Counted from the stretch's first letter, positions 37,978-48,839 are shown. The stretch is 64,000 nt of DNA from an uncultured delta proteobacterium (GCA_963706575.1 CAVPNL010000014.1:101838-165837), one strand, 5' to 3'. Notes: generated from the sequence alone by a model not told the origin. Program-made: numbers and translations.

Positions 37978-39486
37978 ATGGCCAACACAACCCTGAAAAT
38001 TCTATTGGTAGATGATGAGGAAAAGTTTTTAAATTCCATTGCGGAACGCTTGAGGCTTCTGGGTTTCGATCCGCTCAAAGCGTCAAATGGTCGCCAAGCT
38101 CTGGAGCTTGCGAGAAACACCCGCATTGATCTGGCAATCGTGGATTTAAAAATGCCCGATATGGATGGGCTTGTAACGATCACCAAGTTAAAGGAAATCT
38201 ACCCGGAATTAAGATCGGTTCTGCTGACCGGGCATGGCAGTGAGAAAGTAAAACAGGCAACCGAAGCCCTCAAAGCCGACTATTTCGAAAAGGACCAGAT
38301 GGAAGCATTCTGGGACTTTGTTAAAAAGAGCAATAGAAGCGGCAACACCATCGTTATCCGACCGCCCTCGGCAACCCTGCCCGCCGGCAGTAATGATCAG
38401 GAAGATTTTTACGATCCGGGCACAATAGAGATAGTGTCCGACCGCAAATCATTAACAAATATGCCGGCACCTTCCGAAACCGATAAAAAAAATAATGAAA
38501 CCGCTCCCGCCGGTCGGCTCCGAATGATCGGTGAAACCCTGGCGATGCAGGAATTGAGAAGAGATATCGAAAGATTGGCGGCTTTGGATTGCACGTTGAT
38601 CATTCGCGGCGAAACAGGCACCGGCAAGGAATTGGCCGCCCGGATTATTCACAATTCAAGTGCCCGCAAAAATAGCCGATTTGTGGCAATCAACTGCGGC
38701 TGTTTCAGCAATGATCTGCTCATTGAAGAGCTTTTTGGGCGCGGCAATGATACCCCGCCCGGAGCTTCCCAGACAAGCGGAACCATTACCGGACCTGATT
38801 CGGGAGGTACCATTCTGCTGGATCAGATAGAGGATATGTCTCCGAAGATGCAGCTATCCATGTTGAAGATAATCGATAGTAAAGAAATATCCCTGCAGGA
38901 TGGTGTTCATGATTTTCCATTGGATGTTCGTATACTGGCGGCCAGCCGCTACGACCTCGGCAAACTGGTTGAAGAAGGAAAATTCAGAGAGGAGCTGTAT
39001 TATCGTTTGAATGTACTTGAACTGTTTATCCCACCCCTCAGAGAGCGCAGGGACGACATCCCACCCCTATGCGGCTATTTTATCCATAAATTTACGAAAG
39101 AATTTGAAAAGGCGGTTGAATATATCTCAGAAGAAGTGATTTCTACATTTATGTCTTATGATTTCCCGGGTAATGTCCGCGAACTTGAACACATCATCGA
39201 GCGCGCCGTCATCCTCGCCGATGGAAATACCATAGAATTGAAACATCTTCCCAGACGCTTTCACCAGGCTGATTCTCCACCCTTGGATGCAACCAGAACA
39301 TTCATGACGTTGGCTGAGATGGAAAAGAAATACATTCTCGAGGTGTTAGAGGCAACCGGAGGCAACAAATCCAAAACTACCGAGCTATTGGGCATCAGCC
39401 GGACAGCTTTGTGGAGAAAACTAAAACAATTCAAGGAAGACAAGCATCGTGCAACTCCGGTAAATAAAGGCAAGCAGACGAAATAG
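37978..39486 (+). CDS. NtrC-like regulator (receiver-AAA+-Fis HTH) with degenerate GAFTGA and Walker B
   Basis: GETGTGKE; ELFGRGNDTPPGA in place of ELFGH.KGAFTGA; ILLDQ; FPGNVREL; HTH. Confidence 0.88.
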   Translation: MANTTLKILLVDDEEKFLNSIAERLRLLGFDPLKASNGRQALELARNTRIDLAIVDLKMPDMDGLVTITKLKEIYPELRSVLLTGHGSEKVKQATEALKADYFEKDQMEAFWDFVKKSNRSGNTIVIRPPSATLPAGSNDQEDFYDPGTIEIVSDRKSLTNMPAPSETDKKNNETAPAGRLRMIGETLAMQELRRDIERLAALDCTLIIRGETGTGKELAARIIHNSSARKNSRFVAINCGCFSNDLLIEELFGRGNDTPPGASQTSGTITGPDSGGTILLDQIEDMSPKMQLSMLKIIDSKEISLQDGVHDFPLDVRILAASRYDLGKLVEEGKFREELYYRLNVLELFIPPLRERRDDIPPLCGYFIHKFTKEFEKAVEYISEEVISTFMSYDFPGNVRELEHIIERAVILADGNTIELKHLPRRFHQADSPPLDATRTFMTLAEMEKKYILEVLEATGGNKSKTTELLGISRTALWRKLKQFKEDKHRATPVNKGKQTK

Positions 39487-39551
39487 CGCTGACACCCAGT
39501 GGTGGTATGTGGTGCATAACGACATAAATCATAAAGTAGATTTAGGATTTA

Positions 39552-39743
39552 GGGACGTTGTTGACTAAGTTGACTAACCTGTTCTTCGAAGTGTTTTCGA
39601 TATGACCGAGGTGGAAATCCCTAATCTTTTTGCAGTCTCGGCAAAATCATCTCACCTTACCCGGCGCCTTATTCTATAGTTCCCTTTCATCGTTCTCCTC
39701 CATATGATCAGTAGAATTTAGTACAATTAGTCAACAACGTCCC
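39552..39743. mobile_element. MITE / internally deleted transposon remnant (192 bp)
   Basis: GGGACGTTGTTGACTAA … TTAGTCAACAACGTCCC, flanked by TA on both sides. The minus strand encodes an HTH-like tail, FAETAKRLGISTSVISKTLRRTG*. Confidence 0.75.
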
Positions 39744-39795
39744 TAAATTTATTTGTTTAATTATAACCGCGAACAGTTGCAATTCGGTCATTTCA

Positions 39796-40150
39796 CTACC
39801 GGAAAACCCTCAGAGAACTCATCCCCCCATCGACATGGATAATTTGTCCGGTAATTCAAGCGCCGGTATCGGATAGCAAATACGCTGCCAGCTGAGCGAT
39901 ATCTTGGGGTGACCCGATCCGTTTAAGCGGATGCCGTTCAGCCGATGCCTGACGTTTTTCCTCACTGGATAAAAGATTGTGCGCCAGGGGTGTATCCGTT
40001 AGAGAAGGGGCAATTGCATTCACCCGGATGCGGGGAGCGAAATCGGCAGCCAACGACCGGGTGAGCCCTTCGACAGCCGCTTTGGCGCTGGCCACCGATG
40101 TATGAAACGCCATGCCAATTATTACCGCCACTGTACTGAACAGAACAGCG
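39796..40150 (-). pseudogene. Short-chain dehydrogenase/reductase, 5'-truncated, with in-frame TGA
   Basis: VLFSTVA…SAKAAVEGLTRSLAA…RVNAIAPSLTDT…GA*ITGQIIHVDGG. The Rossmann N-terminus is absent; TGA sits where Trp is expected. Confidence 0.85.
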
Positions 40151-40233
40151 GTTATACGGCCGTTTAAGTCGGACCAAGAGCATGCACCGATTGAAGATCA
40201 AGCTGAATTCAGTGAGTTGCAGCACCATCTTTT

Positions 40234-40301
40234 TAATAGTTTTTTCCTATCATTATACTGCATTTTTTTCCTTATTGATTTATGGGTTCAAATGCTAACA
40301 T
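40234..40301 (+). promoter_or_regulatory. Conserved operator-promoter, copy 1 (upstream of DUF2062-MFS-DUF1295)
   Basis: TAATAGTTTTTTCCTATCATTATAC; TTGATT begins 41 bp after the motif start; TGcTAACAT -10-like element. Confidence 0.7.
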
Positions 40302-40400
40302 TTTACTTTAAAGTAACAGGCAAAATTTGGATGTACCTAAATTGCCTCTGCGAGATCTTTTAATCTTAAAAAAATATCTTGCGTTATCCCAGAAATCAAG

Positions 40401-40901
40401 ATGCGGAACAAAACGATGCCAACATTCTGGACAAGAAAAATTACTGAGCCCTTAATGGGCTTTCTGACGCAGGGCTTGAGTAGCCAAAAATTGGCGCTCA
40501 GTCTTGCTTTTGGGATCACCCTCGGCACCTTTCCGCTGCTCGGTGTGACGACAATTTTATGCACGCTGGCAGCGCTCATCCTCAAGCTTAATCTGCCTGT
40601 GATTCAATTTGCAAATTACCTGGTATATCCGCTGCAGATCCTGCTGCTGGTACCATACTACCACCTTGGAAACCTGCTTTTTGACGTTCAGCAAAACATA
40701 GACTTTAACACCCTTAGGAACATGCTGACAGGAAGTACGCTCAAGGAGATGATAACTATGTTAGTAGAATCAACGCTTTATGCCGTCGGCGCCTGGCTTT
40801 TGATAAGTCCACTGGCTATGGTATTGCTTTATACGGGTCTTAAACCGGCCTTGATTAGGCTTAATTTTTCATCGTCCCGACTTAAATTTTACCGGCGCTA
40901 G
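40401..40901 (+). CDS. DUF2062 family membrane protein
   Basis: QGLSSQKLALSLAFGITLGTFPLLG…LNLPVIQFANY…P. Confidence 0.8.
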   Translation: MRNKTMPTFWTRKITEPLMGFLTQGLSSQKLALSLAFGITLGTFPLLGVTTILCTLAALILKLNLPVIQFANYLVYPLQILLLVPYYHLGNLLFDVQQNIDFNTLRNMLTGSTLKEMITMLVESTLYAVGAWLLISPLAMVLLYTGLKPALIRLNFSSSRLKFYRR

Positions 40902-40905
40902 GCCT

Positions 40906-42318
40906 ATGAGCATTATGCCAGACAACGCTACATCCCGGGTTCCACTGCTCAAGAAAATTGCCTACGCGGTGCCGGCCTTTTTTCTGGCGGTGGTCGGCAT
41001 CCCTATCTATGTCTACATTCCAAAATTTTACACGGATGTGGTCGGAGTTGACATTGCCATCCTGGGTTATATTCTCTTTAGCGTTCGCATTTTCGATGCC
41101 GTAACGGATCCGGCACTGGGTTATCTGTCCGATCGAACACGAACCCGGATGGGCCGGCGACGGCCTTACATCGCGGTGGGTTCCGTATTTGTGGCGCTGA
41201 CGATGTTTATGCTATTCAATCCGCCTCGCGTTTCCGCGTCCCTCGAAACGGCCTGGTTTGCAGGGTGTATCTATGCCCTGTTTTTATGCTGGACGGCAGT
41301 TGTGGTTCCCTACGAATCACTTGGGCCTGAGATTACCTTCGATTACGATGAGCGCACAACTCTTTTTGGAATGCGCGACGGGTTTCTCATCGCCGGAACG
41401 CTGGCAGCGGCAAGTTCCCCGGCAGTCGTGCAGTGGCTTTTCGACCTTGCGGGAGACACCGATGGTGAGCGGGCCAAATTCTTCTGGATAGCGGTGATCT
41501 ACGCGCCGCTGCTGATCGTATCCTGCGGGTGGTGTGTGCTGGCAATCAGAGAACTCCCGCGAGGGCCTGTGTTCCGCACAACCACCATCTGGCGCGGGCT
41601 TCACCAAATAGGACGCAATCGGCCCTTTTTAGTCCTTCTGATTGCCTACACTGTGAGCGCCATTGGAAACAACCTGCCGGCAACACTGATTCTTTATTAT
41701 GTCGAGTACGTGCTGCAATCCAAAATGGCCGATGCCTTCTTGCTGCTTTACTTCATTACCGGGATTATCTTTTTGCCGGGCTGGATCATCATGGCGCGCC
41801 GAACCGGGAAAAAGGCGGCCTGGCTGACCTCCATGGCCGTTAACACCGGTGCCTTTATGGCTGTCTTTTTTCTCGGTCCGGGAGACGCGGTTATCTATGG
41901 CGTCCTGGTATTTTTGTCCGGAATCGGTTTCGGTGCAACCCTGGCTATCCCGTCGTCGATCCAGGCCGATGTTATTGACTATGATGAACTTCTGACCGGT
42001 GAACGACGGGAAGGGCAATACATTGGTTTGTGGTCGATTGCAAAAAAGTTCGCTGCTGCGGTCGGGGTTGGAGCCAGCTTGTCGATTCTAGGTTTGGTGG
42101 GCTATACCCCCAACATTGAGCAATCTGAGCAGGTGCAGTTGACGCTGCGAACGCTTTATGCTTTGGTCCCCTCGATTTGCAACATCATCGCATTCTTCAT
42201 TGCGTTGGCGTATCCGATCAGCAGCAGCCTCCATAGGGACATACGAATGGCAATCGCCCAGCGGCAAAAAGGCCGCCCGGTTACCAACCCTTTAAACCCG
42301 GCTCAAACCCTGACTTAG
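40906..42318 (+). CDS. MFS transporter (GPH/MelB-like)
   Basis: RIFDAVTDPALGYLSDRTRTRMGRRRPY, DVIDYDELLTGERREG. Confidence 0.9.
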   Translation: MSIMPDNATSRVPLLKKIAYAVPAFFLAVVGIPIYVYIPKFYTDVVGVDIAILGYILFSVRIFDAVTDPALGYLSDRTRTRMGRRRPYIAVGSVFVALTMFMLFNPPRVSASLETAWFAGCIYALFLCWTAVVVPYESLGPEITFDYDERTTLFGMRDGFLIAGTLAAASSPAVVQWLFDLAGDTDGERAKFFWIAVIYAPLLIVSCGWCVLAIRELPRGPVFRTTTIWRGLHQIGRNRPFLVLLIAYTVSAIGNNLPATLILYYVEYVLQSKMADAFLLLYFITGIIFLPGWIIMARRTGKKAAWLTSMAVNTGAFMAVFFLGPGDAVIYGVLVFLSGIGFGATLAIPSSIQADVIDYDELLTGERREGQYIGLWSIAKKFAAAVGVGASLSILGLVGYTPNIEQSEQVQLTLRTLYALVPSICNIIAFFIALAYPISSSLHRDIRMAIAQRQKGRPVTNPLNPAQTLT

Positions 42319-42340
42319 ATGAATAAACGGAGGAAACACC

Positions 42341-43136
42341 ATGCAGACCGCAATCACAACTATGGGATGGAATCTTGCCGTTATCGTTGCAATGATGATC
42401 ATCGGATGGCTGATCAGCCTCCGGTACCGGAATGTGACCATCGTGGATAGTTTGTGGGGACTTGGCTTCGTGTTGATTGTCTGGATTACATTTTCTCTAT
42501 CAGAAGGTTTTCCGGGCCGCAAGACACTGATTGCGGTGCTGGTAACGGTATGGGGAATGAGACTGAGTATTTACCTTAGCAGAGCGAAACTGGGGAGCCG
42601 CTGAAGACCCCCGCTATGGCGAATGGCGCAAGAAGAGTGGTGAACGATTCCGGGTCGTAAGCCTTTACAAGGTATTTTTGTTGCAGGCGATCTTTTTGTG
42701 GGTCATTGCCCTGGTGCTGCAGTATGGCCAGCTTTCACCGACACCGGACCACTTCGTCTGGCTGGATGTGTTGGGCGTGTTCATCTGGGTAATCGGTTTT
42801 TTCTTCGAAGCGGTCGGCGACTGGCAGCTGGCCCAGTTTAAAGCGGATCCGGCCAATAAAAGCCGCGTCATGGATCGGGGACTGTGGGCCTATTCCCGCC
42901 ATCCCAATTATTTCGGCGAGTTTCTCATCTGGTGGGGATTGTTTCTGATAACCCTGTCCACTCCCAACAGCTGGTGGACGGTTATCAGTCCGTTGATCAT
43001 TACCGCCGTGCTGCTGAAAATGACCGGCATTCCGTTAACAGAAGGGACCATAGTGAAAACCCGCCCGGGATACGAGGACTACATCAAACGCACAAGTGCA
43101 TTTGTACCCTGGTTCACCAGGAAGAAGGTCCCGTGA
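42341..43136 (+). CDS. DUF1295 (steroid 5-alpha-reductase-like) membrane protein, frameshifted near 42582
   Basis: IVDSLWGLGF…WGMRL, then after a +1 shift RNWGAAEDPRY…GLWAYSRHPNYFGE. Either a pseudogene or a sequence error. Confidence 0.8.
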
Positions 43137-43414
43137 GCCAGCTGATTGAGCTGACCCAGGCCCTTGCCCGGTTTATCGAGGAGATGCGGCAAAGCCAGAT
43201 AGCTGTCCAGACGCAGAAACCCCAAGCCTGGCTCGGAAATCTAGATCGGCAGCGCCCAGAAATTATGCCGATCATGGAGGGCGTCTATGGCGCGGCTGAT
43301 GCAGACCGCTGGCTATAGCGCTGGCGGATTTTCTTTATGGCCTGTGCGGAGCTGTGGGGGTATCGTATCGGTCATGAATGGCTGGTATCCCACTATCTTC
43401 TGGGCAAACGATAA
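43133..43414 (+). pseudogene. Internally deleted SAM-dependent (Cfa-like) methyltransferase remnant
   Basis: GTG start overlaps the DUF1295 stop. IAVQTQ motif is fused directly to C-terminal AWL.NLD…[26 protein letters not shown]; in-frame TAG at 43316. Confidence 0.75.
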
Positions 43415-43507
43415 TCACGCTGTTAGATCTTACCATGTTCAATCATAAAATAAAAAGAACGACTCTTTGAATTCTCTAAACCATTTTATTTTTGCGAAAG
43501 GTCAGCC

Positions 43508-44428
43508 ATGATTCGTTGGGGTTTGTGTTGTATTTTCCGTGAAGAGCCCATAAGGTTTCGCCGTGCGACAGCAAAGTTTTACAATAAGCTATCTCCAGAA
43601 GATCGGATGCGCCGCCTCTCCGATGTTTGCATGCATAATGCCAGATCTCTGTTCAAAGCCCTTCAATTTTGCCGGCGTAACGGTGTTAACGCCTTCCGGA
43701 TCAACAGCCAGATTTTGCCGCTCAAAACGCATCCGCAACTCGGTTATGCGATAGAAGCGTTGCCCCAATCGGCTGTGATTGTAAATGCATTCAAAAAATG
43801 CGGAACCTACTGCCGCCAACACAATCTGCGCACGAGCTTCCATCCTGATCAGTTTATCTTGTTATCATCCCTGAATCCGGACGTCACCCGCCGCTCGATT
43901 GCCGATCTACAATATCAGACAGAGGTCGCCGAATGGGTCAACGCCGATGTCATCAATATTCATGCCGGTGGGGCTTACGGCAGCAAGAATAAAACCCTGC
44001 AGCGCCTGGTTAAGCAAATTCGGAATTTACCGCAAAACGTTCGCAGCCGTCTGACCCTGGAAAACGATGATCGACTGTATACACCTCGAGACCTGCTGCC
44101 GGTTTGTGAAAAATTGGGAATCCCGCTGGTATACGACCGGCATCACCATCGCTGCCTGCCCGACGGTCGGAATGTCGCAGACACGACCCAACGGGCTCTG
44201 AAAACCTGGAACCGTGAGCCGCTTTTTCATATTTCAAGTCCCCTGAGGCCTTGGGGGAATGGGAATCCGAGAAATCATCATGACTATATCAATCCTGAGG
44301 ACTTTCCTGAATACTGGCTGAACCTTGATATTACCGTTGAAGTCGAGGCAAAAGCCAAGGAGCTCGCCGTGCTCAAACTGATGAGAGATATTAAGATCAT
44401 GCACAAAAAATTGAGAAAATCTGTTTGA
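43508..44428 (+). CDS. uvsE: UV DNA damage endonuclease
   Basis: GLCC, FRINSQILPL.THP, SFHPDQF, INIHAGGAYG, RLTLENDD, YDRHHH, HISS, HHDYI, VEAKAKE. Confidence 0.92.
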   Translation: MIRWGLCCIFREEPIRFRRATAKFYNKLSPEDRMRRLSDVCMHNARSLFKALQFCRRNGVNAFRINSQILPLKTHPQLGYAIEALPQSAVIVNAFKKCGTYCRQHNLRTSFHPDQFILLSSLNPDVTRRSIADLQYQTEVAEWVNADVINIHAGGAYGSKNKTLQRLVKQIRNLPQNVRSRLTLENDDRLYTPRDLLPVCEKLGIPLVYDRHHHRCLPDGRNVADTTQRALKTWNREPLFHISSPLRPWGNGNPRNHHDYINPEDFPEYWLNLDITVEVEAKAKELAVLKLMRDIKIMHKKLRKSV

Positions 44429-44703
44429 CCACCGTACGATACGATGAAGATATCCCCAGCCCGCAAGACATTTACTGCTACTCAGATCCTGGAATTGCAT
44501 GAGATCGCATCATGCAAACTCGGGGTCAAAAACTTCGTTGCTTGACTCATCATTGCCCCGAGATCTTTTAAAGTTGTCTGTTATTTTAGCGAGTGAGTCC
44601 CTAAACAAGATGATTGACTTGTTTGGCGTATTTCTCTATCTAATGAATCGAAAGTACTCCGTAACAGCGGCGGCGACCCCGAAAATTAGAAAGAGGTCAT
44701 AAA

Positions 44704-45378
44704 ATGGACATTTCCATCCGAATTGGCGGTGAGGCCGGCCAGGGGATTCAGTCTATCAGATCGATTATTGCCAAAACGTTTGTGCGACACGATTTTTATG
44801 TGTTCATCAATCAGGATTTTGCGTCGCGCATCCGCGGCGGGCACAATTTTGATCAGGTTCGAATTTCGAATGATCCGGTGCATGCTCTCGCTGATAAAGT
44901 TCATATTCTGATTGCTCTGGACAAAGAAACGACCCGCCAGGATATCGACTGCCTGGCCGAAAACGGTGTCATGATATTCGATGGCGAAGAAATTGATTAT
45001 ACATCCGAAAATTCCAATCACTTCTCCGTTCCCTTTGCTCAAATTGCCTCAGAGGCCGGTAAAAGCAAAATCATGATCAATTCGGTGGCAATCGGCGCGA
45101 CCATTGCTTTGATGGGGTTTGAGCTGCAGCCGATGCTGGACTGCCTGCAGGAGCAATTTCAGCAAAAGGGCTCCGAGACGGTAGAAAATAATCAAAAAAG
45201 CGCGACTGCCGGATATGACTTTGTTCGGCGGAATTTGAAAACAGAACCGCCTTTCAAGGTGCCGCCTGCAAAATGGGTTCGTCAAAAGATGCTGCTCACC
45301 GGCAGTCACGCCATGGCCTTGGGTGCGATGGCTTCAGGCTTGAAATTTTATTCCGGTTATCCCATATCGCTCCCATAA
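44704..45378 (+). pseudogene. 2-oxoacid:ferredoxin oxidoreductase alpha subunit, 3'-truncated
   Basis: IGGEAGQGIQS, SRIRGGHN, FYSGYPIS, then stop at 224 aa where the convergent cfa 3' end lies; the alpha domain is mostly missing. Confidence 0.8.
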
Positions 45379-46703
45379 CCGGCTGACATTGCTTTGGCAA
45401 AAGCACGCCAATACCTCGTTATCAGGTCTGCCCCCCCGGCAGAGAGCCCCGCCGGCACAACGGTTTTACAAACAGCATCTGCACATCGCCGATATATCTT
45501 TCAGCAAAACCGCCCTCGCAATAGCAGAGGTAATATTCCCACATCCGGATGAAAGGTGTCTGAAAATCCTAAAGCCCGGACCTTTTCGATGTTGGCAAAA
45601 AAACGTCGGCGCCATTCACGCAGGGTTCTGGCGTAATGCGGAGTGATATCCTCCAAGTGAACGAGCCGCAGGTCCGTCGCCCTGGCAATGGCGTTGCTGA
45701 TGGCGGTGATCGAGGGAATGCAGCTGCCCGGAAAAATATAACGTTTGATAAAATCAACCGATCGTTTGTGGCGATCGAATATCTGATCGCCGATGGTTAT
45801 TGCTTGCAGCGCCATCATGCCGTTATCTTTCAGCAACCGGCTGCATGTTTGGAAAAAGGTTGGCAAATATTGGTGGCCGACGGCCTCGATCATTTCAATG
45901 GAGACCAGTTTGTCGAATTTTCCGCTAAGATCGCGGTAGTCCTTTTTTAACAGGGTGATGCGATCTTCCAGCCCCGCTGCGTTGATGCGGTTTTGGGCAA
46001 ATTGGTGCTGTTCGTCGGAGATGGTGGTGGTGGTCACGTGCACCCCGTAGTTTCGGGCCGCATGCACGGCAAAGCCTCCCCAGCCGGTGCCGATTTCCAC
46101 GATCCGGTCGCCGGGTGTAAGCTGCAGCTTGCGGCAAATTCGATCGTATTTGGCCTCAGATGCTTCCCTGAGGGTGCTGTTTGCCTGTTCGAATATTCCA
46201 CAAGAATAGGTCATGGTGTCATCGAGAAACAGCGCATAAAAATCATTTCCCAGATCATAGTGGGCCAGAATATTCTTTTGGCTGCCCGCCTTCGTATTCT
46301 TTCTGACATAATGATAGAATTTGTAAAACGGAGCCGTCAGGCGCGCCAACCCTTTTTCCAGGTCTTCAAATGCTTTTTGGTTCAGGGCCAAAATGCGCAT
46401 GACCATCGTCAAATCGTCTGCCGACCACAATCCCTCCATGTAGGCCTCGGCAGCGCCAATACTGCCGCCAAAAAAAATACGCGTGTATAATTGCGGATGA
46501 TGAACGCTAATTACGGCCTGCAAAGAAAACCGATCCGAATCCTTACCGAAGTGATGACGATGACTATTTTCGATAAGTGTGATCCAGCCATGCGCCAATC
46601 TTTTTAGCAGCGATAATACTGCTCGGCGCGCGATGCGATCCAAACGCCGCTCTTTAAGCTCATTTAAATCAGGGGCCTCAGCGGGAATAATGAGTTCGGT
46701 CAT
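45334..46703 (-). CDS. cfa: Cyclopropane-fatty-acyl-phospholipid synthase family methyltransferase (frameshift near 45553)
   Basis: HYDLGNDFY, MTYSC, EIGTGWG, SIEMIEAVG, FIKRYIFPG. After an extra T, FIRMWEYYLCYCEGGF.ER.IG continues in another frame; 3' end uncertain. Confidence 0.88.
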
Positions 46704-47483
46704 TTAGGATCCCCTTCGATTATGGGATCTCTTTTTTTCGGATGGGAAAAAAAAGGTGTCCTTTTTAGAATCAGCCGCAATGCCTGCCAGTAAATCATGG
46801 CAATCACTTTGCCGGTCATCATCGGATATCGCAGGAGCACCCGTGTCAGGGACGATCGCGTGATTTCCCGGCGGTAAAGCGCAAGGCTGGCGTCAAAAAG
46901 CTTTTCTTCTCCCTGGTAATCTATCATGTGCACCCGCAGGGAATCCCCCGGCTCGCGAAAGCGCCAATCGTAGTGAATATCCATATCGATAAACGGTGAT
47001 ACATGAAATGACTTTGCCATCTGATGGCGCCGCCAGTGTTTAACGGGATGCTCATTTTGTTCGGCGCCTAAAACATAACAGTGGCGCTCTCTCCAGGGGG
47101 TGTTATGAATTTCCACGACGATGGTCTCCACTCTGGTATCTGCCGGATCATAGCAGTAATAAAAACTGGCCGGATTGAAACAATGACCAAAATATTTCAA
47201 ATGGGCCAGCAGGCGAATCGGACCGTTCGGTCGACTGCCTAGCTGATCCTCAACAAGATCTGCGTACCGTCTGATCCAGCGGAATCGCCGGATTTCCAAA
47301 GTGATCCCGGCGGCGAAAACAGGCAATATTGAACCGTTCGTAAGACCACAGTGGATGAATATCAAACAGGGTCGGCAATTCGGCCAAATCGAGAAACATG
47401 AAAAATAGGCGATATTGAAACATGTTCGCTCGCGGCCTGAATCGCCGGTGCCGAATGCTCCCTTCATATATGCAACTATGCAT
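46700..47483 (-). CDS. DUF1365 family protein (frameshift near 47261)
   Basis: IYEGSIRHRRFRP…F.Y, joined to FNPASFYYCY…EIHNTPW.ERH.Y…KSFHVSPF…IYWQALRL..K. Confidence 0.85.
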
Positions 47484-47594
47484 GGTTCATTTCGCGATAA
47501 GTGGTCAAACAGTCAATTCGTTGAATACATATCATAAAAATAACCATAAAATTCCAGAGGTCAGCAATACGACTTTGATTATCGGCGTTCTTTT

Positions 47595-48839
47595 CTAAAG
47601 GCTTTTGCCAAAGTGCTTACATACCTCCAGCGCGCTGACAACGCCATCTTCATGGAAGCCATAACCCCAGTAAGCACCGGCGTAGTAAGTGCGATTAACC
47701 CCGTTTATTTCCTGGTGACTGTGTCTTGCCGAAAGACTCTCGGGATTATACACAGGATGATGATACATCAACTCCCGGTAAATGGTGGCCGGATCAATGG
47801 CTTTAGCCAAATTTAGCGAAACGCAAAGTTCCTTCGGTGCGCCGATACTTTGCAAGATGTTCATATCGTAAGTGACGGCGACACGGCCGAGATCCTCTTT
47901 TGGAATGTGATAATTCCAGCTGGCCCATGCTGCTTTTTTGCTGGGAAGCAAAGATTCATCGCAATGCAACACGGCCTGATTTTCCTGATAGGGGATAACG
48001 CCCAGAATATTCTTTTCGGTATCCGTTGGATCATCCAGCAGGGCTAACGCCTGGTCACTGTGAGCGGCAATGACCACCTGGTCGAATTTTTCGGCCACTT
48101 CATTTTGCGGTTGAATTTCAACCGCGTCCGGATACCGTCGAACCGATGCGACCGGACAGTTTAACCGGATCTGATCGGCATAGGGCTGGGTTATCGGTTT
48201 GATATATTGCCGCGACCGGCCTTTTATTGTGAGCCACTGGGGCTGGTCTTTGACGTTCAGAAACCCGTGATTTTTAAAAAATTGGGCAAAATAACGCGCC
48301 GGAAATTCATTGAATTTGACCGGATCCGCCGACCAAACGGCTTCACCCATGGGAATAATGAAATGCTGCACAAAGGCCTGGGAGTAAGCCTTGCCGGTTA
48401 GAAATGCAGCCAGTGTCAGTTGATAATCATCTGATTCCAATAGCGCTTCGGCATCCCGTTTGAAGCGCATGACATCCCACAGCATGCGATAAAAGGACGG
48501 CCGCAGCAGGTTGCGGCGTTGAATGAAAAGGGAATTAAGGGTGCTGGGACTGAATTCCAGACCGGTTTTCTCGCATTGCACGCTGAAGCTCATGACCGAG
48601 TCTTGCCAGCCCACGCCTAGGCGTTTCATCAGCTTCACGAAATTCGGATAGGTCCTTTCATTGAAAACGATGAATCCCGTATCCACCGCATACTGTTGCC
48701 CGTTGAGGGACACGTCCACGGTATGGGTGTGCCCGCCGACATAGTTATTGGCTTCGTAGACGACGACCTCGTGATCTTCACTGAGTAAATAGGCCGAGGT
48801 CATGCCTGAAATCCCGGTGCCGATGATGGCGATTCGCAT
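47595..48839 (-). CDS. FAD-dependent oxidoreductase (amine-oxidase-like; cfa/DUF1365-associated)
   Basis: IAIIGTGISG, GGHTHT, VDTGFIVFNERTYPNF, AWASWNY, GAYWGYGFHEDG. Confidence 0.92.
   Translation of the reverse strand: MRIAIIGTGISGMTSAYLLSEDHEVVVYEANNYVGGHTHTVDVSLNGQQYAVDTGFIVFNERTYPNFVKLMKRLGVGWQDSVMSFSVQCEKTGLEFSPSTLNSLFIQRRNLLRPSFYRMLWDVMRFKRDAEALLESDDYQLTLAAFLTGKAYSQAFVQHFIIPMGEAVWSADPVKFNEFPARYFAQFFKNHGFLNVKDQPQWLTIKGRSRQYIKPITQPYADQIRLNCPVASVRRYPDAVEIQPQNEVAEKFDQVVIAAHSDQALALLDDPTDTEKNILGVIPYQENQAVLHCDESLLPSKKAAWASWNYHIPKEDLGRVAVTYDMNILQSIGAPKELCVSLNLAKAIDPATIYRELMYHHPVYNPESLSARHSHQEINGVNRTYYAGAYWGYGFHEDGVVSALEVCKHFGKSL

Noticed and set aside
39856..39858. In-frame TGA in the SDR fragment as selenocysteine or recoding
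   Set aside because: The position corresponds to Trp (W-ITGQ), the gene is 5'-truncated, and other genes use TGA as a normal stop.
43316..43318. In-frame TAG as pyrrolysine readthrough
   Set aside because: It lies in an internally deleted remnant, and no pyl genes are in the window.
44430..44700. Hairpin CTCGGGGTCAA…TTGCCCCGAG as a riboswitch or ncRNA
   Set aside because: No recognisable family motif; a single imperfect hairpin is insufficient.
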